From: Haliotis rubra
Lineage: Eukaryota
DNA length: 64,000 bases
Assembly (NCBI RefSeq): GCF_003918875.1
Contig: NW_025765103.1
Coordinates: 1,984,001 to 2,048,000, forward strand
Direction of reading: 5' to 3'
A model generated the notes under the pieces. The model saw nothing but the letters and a program-made list of their open reading frames with translations, was not told the DNA's origin and ran no database searches. Both the position numbers and the translations under genes were made by a program. Of the stretch, positions 10,173-21,900 are shown piece after piece (the stretch's first letter is position 1; each line of letters opens with the position of its first letter).

Positions 10173-13100
10173 ATGGAAGAGCAGCTGGCAGCCTATCGAG
10201 CGAAGAAGGCGAAAGAAAAGGAGGCGTCCAAAGGATCATTGTCTTCGGCAGTTTACAGCTTTACTTCAGGAATTCTCAGCTCACGGAAAAGGGTAACAAA
10301 CGTAATAATGATGTATGTAGCTTCAAAGCTCAGCCACATCGGCACTGGGGTGACGGCTTCCGTCATCTTTAAAGTTTAAAGATGACGTGTATAAAATATT
10401 TACGTGTTGTTCAATAATAGAATAGGATCAACCACCTGTTTCCCTGTAAACGCCCTTGACCGCTACGCATCTCTTGTTTTTAACCACCTGTGGTTAAATT
10501 GGGAATTATTAATAGAACAATGGTTGTTTTGACAAAAATATACTGAATGGAACCACAACAGAATATGTTCGTCCACAATCCAACCCTTAACCCCACCCTG
10601 GCAAACATTCTCTAGTTGCACCAACTCAGGTTATGCTACTGTTAAGAGCAGGAAGAGGTCACGAGAATGATGATATATTCTTGTCAGATGTTTGATTGAC
10701 ATTGCTTGAACATAGGCAAGTAAAAGTCTATATCCGTCTACGACTTAGAATTTTAGTTACATGGTCCATATATCGTCACCCGTAGCCACAGGATATGTTT
10801 TGAACAAACGTTTCATGACTACTGATGATGCTCATTCAGTTCCAAAATCAGTCAAGCGTGATTAATTCTACAGGTATCCTAGATCTAGATTACAAGTCAA
10901 TTGATGTGTTTATAGTCCAATTAAGTCAACATGTTTATCTTCCAGTAGTTATATAGTGGGGGTTCTATTACAGGGTACCCTATTGGTTTATTTTGGTTTA
11001 ATTCCGCTCCCAGCACCCAGTAACAAATGATCCCCCAAGCATGAGACATCGTTCGATGTTCCCCCTACTGTTGACTACAACGGTGTCCATACGCGTAAGT
11101 CGTGACGCCATCGATGGCGATCCATTGTTTGTGTTCATGGGCGACACCGACGTCTTGTTGAGGGTGATGCCATATATCCTATGCTTGTTACTTCTCAATG
11201 CATTCATTTGATGTTTGAACGTTTGATTCTTGAAGAGAGCTTGTTTGAAGAGGGTGTGTTTGATGTGTTGTTTCACGACATATTTCTTGATCCCTTTGGC
11301 TTTTTTTTATTTCGTCGTCGGCTTTTTTAATGGAATACATCTTAGGTCTTAACCCGATGTATCCCGCACTGGGTGTCCCAGCACATTCATCCTTCATCTT
11401 GCTGAGGACCTTTTTATTCGTTTGGTTGTGTAGGGCGTGGTCTGGGGGTAATCACTTGTATGGTACAGGTGGATGTGTTTTGCCATGTCCTCGTACATGT
11501 CCTTGGTACGAATTTCTAACAACAAGGAATCCGTGTCGGTATACACCACACCACATCAATCGCCGTATTGTGTCTTAAATTTATTATAATAAAAGCCATA
11601 CATCAAGTGTTTGGATAAATCGAGAATGCTCATCCCTGCGTAGACAGGCCGGTTGAGCTTGATATGGCTTTTAGTCATGTGTAGAGCTGCCAAATCATTG
11701 TTGAACATTTTACTTCGGTTAAAGGCTCGACTCGCTATGAGTTTCCTTAGTTTTTCCTCCTGGTGTGATCTGACTAATTTCACGTTGACATGCTTACTTA
11801 AATTCTTCATGTTTTTTCCAAATACTGAGTTGTTCATCAGTTTGTAGAGGTTTTTCTCAAAGTCGCTCGTGGCTTGTTTTCTCAGATCCGTATTCAACCG
11901 AATGTAAGGTTCCATCCAGGGACTTTGATGAAACATCAGAACCCGATGTATTTTGGTGAGCTTCATTCCCAGTGATAAGTACAGTTGCAGATTCCGATAG
12001 TGCACGACTTATTTTTTCTTGTTCATCAAGTTAGGTACGACTTTTTCCATGTTAGCCAGTTTGTTATCTCCCAACAAGTTTCGTTGATATTTGGACAACC
12101 ATTCGCGATCGACCATTAATCGTTCGGGGCCAGCGGATAACTGTTGTGGGAGGCATGCAATTCTTTGGGATAGTCCAAGTCCACTTTGAATATGTATCCT
12201 CTCTCAAAGTTTTCGGGGATAGCCATAATGTTCTTCATTTTAAAATGCTTGCGATCAACCCACTCGAACCAGCCCGTGGGCAAAAGTTGACTCATGGCCG
12301 AACCATAGAGATTATTCGCATCCAGATAGAGGAGATGGTTGGAGGGTTGATTTGGATTATAGTTTTTCCTATATTTATGATTGGCTTTTGTGTAGCGTTT
12401 CGATACCATAGAAATCCCGCTGCGCATTCCTTTCTCGATAAACAGGTGCATGTCGTAATCCGTTAACTATTCCAATTTGACTCTTGTTTTCTTCAAGAGA
12501 GCATCCCATGACAGACCGGGGCTTGTGTAGTACCAAGCGGGGTTGAGTTGATATTATTTCAAACACATCTTTCTAAAAATTTCGAAGATGTCGGCAAGTA
12601 GTAGCACAATCTTCCTCACCAGCAAAGACCGAGTCGCTGCATCAGTGGATCGATTGGTTATAGCGAAGGTATCGTTGGCTTTCACCAAACTGTCGAGGGA
12701 TGACAGGAGAAACTGGGCATTGTGGATAAATCTCAGGCTGTTTAACGAGAAGGAAATGTATTCTTTCCATGTTATTGGGGATGCACTTGATGTCGCCATC
12801 GACCTTCGAGATGGCCTTCATGATGAGGTGGGCATCGTAACGTCTGAGGTTGTGAAACACCACGGGGATTTGTATGGTTTTGGGATTGATTCTAAGTTCA
12901 AGTTACAGCTTTGTGGGCGGCGCCTCTGTATTGACCGGTGATGTGACAATGATCTCTCACGGAATTGGCTTTAAGGGGGCCATGACATACGTGACAATAT
13001 CTAGTTCGTTGATGAGCTCGCTCATCCTCTGGTGTCATATCCATGGGGCCGGGGTCCACCAAAGCTTTCCTGATTTTTTTCTCTTCGTTTTGTAAGTACG

Positions 13101-15559
13101 TGAGAAACGTTTCGGCAGCGTCATGGCCTCGGTAGATCATGGGCTCTTTTGTTTATCCGTCGCATCGGACGACCACGTACCCGAACCCGCAAGCTTCATG
13201 TTCCTGCGTTTTGTACGTGAAACTTTGTTTGGTCGTGTTGGGCAGGTCGTGGTCGACCTGTCTGATAAGGGCTTCGAAGTCAGTGTAGATAACGTAGGGT
13301 ACAGGCATTTGATGTTTGTGGTTGATAAATTTTAAGATGTTTTTCTCTTCTTCAGGCATGTCGATCGTAACAGCAGTCTCTCCCACACTCTAGTTGTTTG
13401 GCGCGACTGTACCCGTGCAGACATCTCTCGCAAAAATACTTCTTCGCTTTGTGAGAGGATTGGTCGTACAACAGCCTGCTCTAACTTTTAATCGCTGCGT
13501 AGTGAAATTGATCCTCTTTTCCGATCAGAAATAAATTGATTCTGCGCACGGTTTTATCCTGGACAGGGCTTATCCTGTGCACAATAACCCTATACCCCTT
13601 GTGTCCAAACACGTTGAAGAGTAAATTGTTTTGCTTTTTGAATCTCGTCCAGTAGGAGATGGATGTGAGGCGCTCTACACTGGTGAAATCGAGCCCAGAT
13701 TCCTCCAGCGTGGGGTAGCTGTAACGCCTGCTTGGATTACCTTGGGGTTTAAATAAGGCAACTATGGGAGCCACCACCGCGCAATAATTATTAAAATCAT
13801 TCCCTTTGGTTTCAGGGTTAACAATGGCCTTTTTTCCCCTGAAATGCTTTGGTACCGGGAAGTAACATCCGCCTTTGAACGGCATGTAGTTCGCTATATC
13901 CACATAGATGGTATCGATACAACCAACCACCCATCGGCTAGTGCGGAGCAAACCGCGACAATGTTGGTCGACATCTTGTCTAGGCTGGACAACGACAACG
14001 AAGAAGAACTCTGGGAGGAAAGCGTTGAGGAGGAGCAAGAAGAGACGCATCTGGATGTCCAGAAGGTGCGACAGATGCTAGAATCGGTCCAAAAGTGGAC
14101 CTACCTTTCGCTAGCCGACGTGTTTCTCTGGAAGGTTGTGCACATGACCTGGAAGCACAGCACACCGACTGATATACCGGTCGACAGACAGGCTGACGAG
14201 AAGACAGAAACGCCCAAACCAGTTTCCATGGCCAAACCCTGGGACCCCTTCCAAATGTACTAGGATAGAAGAAAAAAAATATCGAGAGAGCTGCGATAAT
14301 TTTTCTTGGAATTGGAAATATAGAACTATATAATTTGCGGGTAGTATTCTGTTCTGCATTCCCTGCGGGACTATTTGTTATTAGTTGCCATCTTCCCACC
14401 CCATTGGCAGCAGATACAATACTTGTCGAAACTCCTAGTGCCTTGCAGATTTTGAGGCTCCTATAAACATTAAAAATATTTTGGGGGGGGAATTCACCCC
14501 CAATAAACCTTGCAACACAAACTGTCCAAGAAACCTCACTCGGTCAGTGCTCATATATGAGCACTGGCGTGACCTACAACATGGGGCTATCTAGGCCAGT
14601 AGAACGCTCATATATGAGTGCTGGCCTGACCTACAACATGGGGCTATCTAGGCCAGTAGAACGCTCATATATGAGCGCTGGCGTGACCTACAACATAGGG
14701 CTATTTAGGCCAGTAGAACGCTCATATATGAGCTCTGACGTGACCTACAACATGGGGCTATCTAGGCCAGTAGAATGCCCATATATGAGCGATGGCGTGA
14801 CCTACAACATGGGGCTATCTAGGCCAGTAGAACGCTCATATATGAGCGCTGGCGTGACCTACAAACCTCACTCTGCTCACTTGCAAAAGTTTCTTCCGCT
14901 ATCCCTACTCGAACGCGAGACGCTGGAATCAAAGGCCAGCACTCTACCATTACGCTGGCGGGACGATTGGTGTTAACACGGCGAATTCAACATGCCTAAG
15001 CTGGCGAGCTAGTCTATTTTTAGCATATGGACACCGTTGTAGTCAATAGTAGGGGGAACAGTTTTTACTGGGTGCTGGGAACGGAATTAAACCAAAATAA
15101 ACCAATAGGGTACCTTGTAATAGAACCCCCACTATATAACTACTCTTCCAATTCACAACAAATGTTACCCATTGTTATTTCGTCCTGCAGGAAAACAGTC
15201 CTCAAAGTGTACATCAGCAACAATCAGCAACAGCTGCCCACACAGGAGGTTCTGTCACCATATCTACTGAAGGAGACATCATCACGGAAGAGAAACCATT
15301 CTTCTCCACAGAGACGATACTGAAGATTATCCTGTGGTTCTTGCTGTGGGGAGTGTTTGTGGAACTGGGGTTTGGAGCTGTATATTTCATTGTGTCTTTG
15401 TCCATCATACTATATAGGAACACAAGGACAGGTCCTAGACGGGATGGCCGCCTCAGTGCATACTCTGTGTTCAATCCAAACTGTGAGAGATTGGACGGGA
15501 CATTCACTGCTGAACAGTTCGAGAAGGAACTGAGACATGGCGCAGGTTCAGTTCATTGA
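10173..15559 (+). CDS. SAYSD1: SAYSvFN domain-containing protein 1 (2 coding exons)
   Basis: Exon 1 10173-10292 (MEEQLAAYRAKKAKE, GTAAC donor). Exon 2 15191-15559 (CTGCAG acceptor, in frame), with a hydrophobic hairpin LWFLLWGVFVELGFGAVYF and the signature SAYSVFNPNCERLDGTFTAEQFEKEL. Confidence 0.95.
11065..13945 (-). pseudogene. Protein-primed family B DNA polymerase (Polinton-type), fragmented
   Basis: Motifs in order across frameshifted ORFs: YVIYTDFEAL (exo I); CHVC...RDHCHITGQYRGAAH (endonuclease VII-like Zn finger); FHNLRRYDAH (exo II); YLDANNLYG (pol A); KLMNNSVFGK (pol B); YTDTDS at about 11530-11545 (pol C); KDE and GLRPKMY; C-terminal TTYAYGH. An internal deletion lies between LLVRK and VLLLADIFE. 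Confidence 0.93.
13961..14263 (+). CDS. Small acidic orphan ORF inside the Polinton-like element
   Basis: Open 100-aa frame MLVDILSRLDNDNEEELWEE...KPWDPFQMY*, divergent from pPolB. Its true start may have been lost at the deletion junction near 13945. Confidence 0.45.
   Translation: MLVDILSRLDNDNEEELWEESVEEEQEETHLDVQKVRQMLESVQKWTYLSLADVFLWKVVHMTWKHSTPTDIPVDRQADEKTETPKPVSMAKPWDPFQMY
14548..14863. repeat. 60-bp tandem repeat (about 5 units) subterminal in the Polinton-like element
   Basis: Unit GCTCATATATGAGCGCTGGCGTGACCTACAACATGGGGCTATCTAGGCCAGTAGAAC.., containing the palindrome GCTCATATATGAGC. Confidence 0.95.
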
Positions 15560-15599
15560 TGCTGTGACATTGAGGGAGATACAAGGGTTGTTGCCATGA

Positions 15600-15800
15600 T
15601 GTGAGACGTGATCAGTTCTTGCAGTGACATTGGGCATGATCAGTTGTTGCCATGACATGGGGCGTGATCAGTTGTTGCCGTGACATTGGGCGTGATCAGT
15701 TGTTGCCGTGACATTGGGCGTGATCAGTTCATTGTTACTGTTAGATGAACAAGGGTTGTTGCTGTCACATGGCACAATATCAGTTCATTGTTACTGACTA
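15600..15800. repeat. Degenerate repeat of about 28 bp in the SAYSD1 3' UTR
   Basis: GTGATCAGTTGTTGCCGTGACATTGGGC units. Confidence 0.8.
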
Positions 15801-18800
15801 ACTGGTTTACTGACTAACTTTCTGCAGTGCACATTTTAGTTTAAGGTGTATGTTATTGATAATTGTTAGCACTTGCTCTACATATGTATTGATACCATGG
15901 TAAAATTGCAATACATGTATATACAAAAGACACATATGCAGTATGGTTCAAATGCAGCACTGACATAGAGGTACAAAATAAAGGATTCTCGTGTGCTGTA
16001 TGAAATTTCTGTGCAGCATGTGGTGTATTTGTTGTCATTTCTGTACTGATTTATCTTTCAAGCTGTATTTTAAGTCTTATTTGTCTCTATTTCTTTTCAT
16101 GTATTTTTAGTTGGATGACATGCATATCTTGTGAAACAGGTAAATCACTATTCTTAATGAATGGCCAGTTACTTATCCTCAGCCTAAAAACTCCAAAGAT
16201 TAAAAAGGAAACTTAAAACTTGGAGTTCTTCATGGCACAAAACTCAGAATACTTACTGAGGATGCATTGAATAGAAAAATATTTGCTTTGCAGAACAAAC
16301 ATCATGGCTGCTGTTACACATGGTTGTGACTAATGTATGTTTTATCTGGGCTGGTGTATTGTCATGCTTTGTACTTATCTGGGCTCATTGTTTGGTGATA
16401 CGAATGAAAAGCTTAGGTTTGGATTTATTATGTGCTCTTGAAAACCTTTTCAAAATCATTTCAATACAATGAATCAGGGATAGCTGGAAAGATTGATAAT
16501 TTAAAATATCTTCCATGGAAAGAACTAGTCATGATTATATGAATTACATGAAAATTGGGTGATTTATAAGATCATACATGCACTATTGTGATGAAATAAA
16601 GTGTTAATTTACCAAAACAGACTTGCGCCAAAAACGATGGGCAATCAGTTCATGCATGTCACCAGTCACAAGGGACATGACAAAAGTTGATTTCTTTTGG
16701 ATGTTCTTGTTCAAAGTTACTATTCCAAATAATTATTGATAATCGATTGATATTAAGATAACCATCAATAGCCAGCTTTGCAAAATATGCTAAAAGAATA
16801 TGATTAATGAGATCTCAAAATCCTGCAATGATTCAGTCAAACAGTCCTAACCTGACATGCTGAGAAGGAAAATGTGTGCACTTGTAAATACTTAAGTCGG
16901 TGTTGCCAAACGTCTTTCATGTCAGAACTGGTGGATGACATCATGAATCAGTCTTGTTATATTACTTCATTGGTGTGAAGGTTTTCCTCATATGTAAATA
17001 AACAGCTTGTGTATCCATTTGCAACTTGTTTCTATGGCTACAGCCAGTTTTGTGACTTGAAGTGATGTTTGGTTTAACGACGCTCTGTGCTTATTTCCAG
17101 GATGGATTGGTGATGACAATTGTAAACCAGACCTCATATAAAGGAAGTGATGTTTTAACACACATAGCACCACACTTGAGCTTGTTAGAGTAGACTAAAA
17201 TGAATGGAACTATAATTAATTCAAGCCATTGTTCCACAGCAAGGAATGAGATTTATGTTTTAAGCTACTGGCTTGGTTGGCCCTTGGTTTGCCATTATAA
17301 ATATTTCATTTACTATCGACTGGAACATATATACATAGATACAAAATATACACTACAGACTGTGTCATGGATCAATACACTGAATCATTTCATTGCTTTA
17401 CAGGACACTTATATTTCCTGTAATTAAATAGGGGTGCTAGTTTTGTAGGTCATTGTAAAACCCTGCATGGAAATTTGGCATTGGAGTGGTAGTGGTACTT
17501 CACTCTTCTGGAGGTGCATATATCCAGGCCAGACACAACATGCAGTAGCAGCAAACAGACTTGAAAATATGAGAAAATACCTTTATTTGGCTATAAATAT
17601 CCCCTCGTGTAAGTTGCAGCATCAAATATATGTACAAATATCTGTTATCACCATGGTAATTGTAACCGTAGAAGCATTTACATACACCGTAACAATGACA
17701 AGTCAGAAAAAATCTCATACATGCTACAAATGTAAGACAACTTTGTTCCCACATGCATAATCAAAACAATAAAATCAAATAACTGACTTCATCACCCAAC
17801 TGTATAGCCATGACATGACCCACACTTCTTACTGTTCAATGACAGTCATGCCTGTTAAGTGAAGCATTGGAGGATGTATGATCTCTGGGGACTGAGGGGG
17901 CAGCAGGTCTCTAGTACCCTCTGCTCTCACAACTTTAAGTATATTTGAACAAAATATTGATACCTATTCACTCACATATTCTGCAATTCATTTGAATATT
18001 CCAAGACATTTTGCCCACAAAACTTTCATAAAAATATGATCCAGTTAGTTTATCTCTGACACATTCAACTTACTCTTTGTCAATATGATTCCATTTTCCC
18101 AAGGTATCAATGGAGTTTCAGTGTGTAAATACTGGTATATCCAGACAAACAAGCCTCCAGTGGATAGCTATTGCACCAAAATCCATAAAAAAAACATCAC
18201 AGATGTTAGAGGCACATATTACATTCCTTTTTCTTCAAACATTTATTCATTTTTAAAGTACTTGTGCAATTTTAACTGGTTTCAGGTAAACTTGGAAATG
18301 GTGAAGTTATATGACCTGAGTACTGGCTGGCAGTGTACCTATTTAGGAGACTTAAAACAGAGGTTGTTGAACACTGATTACATTTTTACTGGTTTATCTA
18401 ACCAGTGATTTCATAAATGGATCAAGAAAACACAACAACTTCAAGGTAGAATACCTTACATAACATGATATTTGACAGGTTTTCTCTTGAATGTCCCACA
18501 AGGTTGCCGATACCAGCCCCTGTAGACCCACACACATGACAGTGTGTTTAGTATACATCAGATCATGGAATCCACAGGGATGGTATCACTTCCAAAAGTC
18601 ACTGTGTTCTTTAATCTGTGTCTACTATTTGACATCCCTACAATCCAGGCTGTAGACCGACACTTTGTCATGACATAATGTACATTTCTTTATTAAAGTA
18701 GTGTTACAATCATCTATCTGTCTTAGAGCACATCCAAGTACTTGAATCCAATGAAAAGGTCTTTAAATGTGTTCATTTATGTAAAGGTATCACTTATAGT

Positions 18801-18905
18801 AAAACATTTCAGTTTTTGTATATCCCGAGGTACATCCCTCGTGAGCCACATCGTTCTTGTATAAAGTGTGTTAGTGGAGCATCTAGCAGTGTGTGACAGC
18901 TCTAT

Positions 18906-21900
18906 CTATGGGGATGTCATGGCTGCCTTGGCCTCCTGTGAGAGCTCCTGCAGTTTGTCATATCCTTCCACTGAGGCTGGAGAAACACCAAAGGATTCAA
19001 CCTGGAACATAAGCATGTTAACATACAGAACATTGCTTTGGACAAATTGCTCAAGTAAAGGGAGATAATCATCCTGCTAATGCCATCAATACTTCACGTC
19101 ACCCTAAAACTTTAAAACCAACTAAGACTTTTGAGCTGTACCAAAGAAACAAAAACCATCATTAGTTGAGCTGTAGGCACAGGACTGGAAGTAAACAAAA
19201 CAGTTTCAACACTATTTTAGCTCACACAGATAGATCTGCTTCATGTTGTTATTGCCTACATATTCCCAGGACTGGAGCCCTGTTCCCTCAAATATCCCTT
19301 CCCCAAAGTTGCCCTGTTCTACCTTCTTACAGGTTGCCACCTTCCTGTTCCCTCAAACATCCCTATGGTAACTGACATGTTCCCCTAAGTAGCTCTGATT
19401 GCTACCTTCCTGTTCCCTCAGATATCCCCATGGTTACTGACCTGTTCCCCAAAGTTGGCAATGTCAATGATAAGCTGCTGCCTGATCTTGTCATCGTCTG
19501 AGATCCCCTGCCCCCTCAGTCTTGTCTGTTCCCCGAGCCTTCTTCAGGCGCTTCAGACTGTCTTCCATCTTCTTGACCGATGACAACACTTCTGAGGTGA
19601 CGCCAAAATATCTGGAAATTTGATGTAGAATATTAACATGTTTATATTCTTATGCAGTGCAGATAAACATCTTGTGTTGAATTGTTTATCAGTGAGTAAT
19701 GAATCATTTAGAATGCCACATTTTAAGAACCCCTGTTGTTGACTTCATATTATTTCTCTAATTCTTGTAACCCCACTCAGTGGCTGGAAGCTTGATCAAT
19801 AATCTAAGCATTCTGATGATCACTCAGTCACCACAGATCAGCTCTTGTGACGGAAAAGAGGCATCCCCACCTGGAGACATCCATGGGATACCAGAACACT
19901 GGGACCTATTCTCAGATGGCATTTCAACCTGGAGAATATACAGGTGGCCCTGACTCTGACCCACAAGCCATACTGCATCCAGAAGATTCAGGTAGTGGTC
20001 TTAAGGCATGTACACAGAGGTAGACAACAACTCACTGTTCTGCTAGACTGCTGAAGACTGTCTTGAGGAAGCCTGTTCGCTGTTTCCCTCCCAAGGTCTC
20101 TACATGCTCATCCAAAAACAGTTTCAGTGGTTTGCCCAGACTGATGATGTACGTTGATGGTTTGCTGGGTACCTGAAAGCAGATAAGGCGACACACTTCA
20201 ATTTATCATTAATCAGTCTGTTTCAGGCTTGAGCTAATCTTTATCCCTGTATTCAAGTGAGCATACCACAAGATGAGATTCAATGAAATATCCATATTTT
20301 TCCAACATTAACAAATCATTTCTTTATTTCTGTTTAATAAACAATTTTTCAAACTTCTGGCTCATAGTTACCATTATTTATAAAACATGAAGTTTTCCTA
20401 CTGACACTAATTTTATAAGTCTAGTCTGGACTGTCTTGCCCTCGACAAAAGTAGCGCTGGATATCACCATGAAGCAATCAAGGGGACACAGCTGCTGAGG
20501 TGATATTTTGACTCACATCTCTGTTGGTCCTTCTGTACAACCGAGGGATGTCGCTGACTTGCTTGAGGTAGACACAGCACTGACCAATCAAGTCTCCTGA
20601 CACGAACACCTGGAACTGGGGCAGCCTCTCCAACACAGACAACCCACATTCAACAAAAGTGTCTGAAGCAAACATAAAATATCCGTTACTGAAGTTCTAA
20701 AAGTTAGTACTGCAGAGAAGGAAAATGAGAACGTGTTTGGAATCAGATCCTTATTTATTAATTTTCACAAGCTGAATTCAAATACCTGTTCTGACTGTTA
20801 ATGTTCATGACATTAACAATATAGTTGTGTCCAGTACGTAAACACAATGTATTTACTTGTCATGGTTCACTAAATATGAACCTTGTTATGCAGTTGCGAT
20901 TTAATACAATTCAACAACGCATCAATTTCAATCAGCCAGTAAACCTCTGTGACCATTTAATAACAATAACGCATAAAATGTTTGGTACAAATACAGCACC
21001 ATACTTTCAAACTACTGGGCACCAGACAATTATCTGACTTGTCCATGATTCGACACTCATGATCAAAACGTACTAGAGTTTACCAACAGACAACACAATG
21101 CAAACATATAACATTTTGCCAATCAAGGTATCCTTCGGTTACTCCAGGTTCTTCCCCAAATTGCTCAGCAATGATTCCACAAATACTGATGAATCGTTAC
21201 TCAAACTTATCTCTATCGTGTTTGTGTCATTATCATAAATTTGTTTGATAGAAAGTTGTCGTATCTTAACATCACTTAGTTCATCATGTGACAGTAAATT
21301 GTAACTTATTGTAACTCTTGGAATCAGGATTTGATCTAAATATATGTAATAAGCAGGGACAAAATGGGTTAAAATATGTGATGACACTGACACTTGGAAT
21401 GTGAGTTTCGAATAGTTCAACATTAGATAATAAAAACAAGAGTCATCAGAAGATGACATATCCCCCCGGCCCCCACACATTTGAAAGAACAAATCAACGA
21501 AGCCCACCCTCCCATTTGAGACTAAGTCCAAAACGTTTCCATATAAACTGGAAAAAATAGAAATGCCCAAAATCTGCAAATAGCAAATGCCACCACTTTG
21601 GGATCTGCCTCATATATCTGCCAAGTTTTGCTGAAAGATATTAAGAAGTTTTCAAGTTGTGCTCCGGAAATGAAACCCAACCCTCCCTTTTCAGACTAAG
21701 TCCAAATCAATTCCATGGAAACCGAGGAAAATCACAAAAATCTGTAAATAGAAAAAGGCACCACATTAGGTTCTGTTTGATATATATACCAAGTTTTGCA
21801 GAAATATATTGAACCAGTTTTGAGTTGTGCTCCAAAACCGAAGCCCACCCCTCCCTTTAAGACTAAGTCCAAAACGTTTCCATGGAAGCCGAGAAAAATA

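Larger units (their letters stand above)
10944..15144 (-). mobile_element. Internally deleted Polinton/Maverick-like element (pPolB only) in the SAYSD1 intron
   Basis: TIRs start AGTAGTTATATAGTGGGGGTTCTATTAC (left about 148 bp, right about 119 bp). Exact 5-bp TSD CTTCC at 10939-10943 and 15145-15149. Contains pPolB remnants. Confidence 0.93.
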
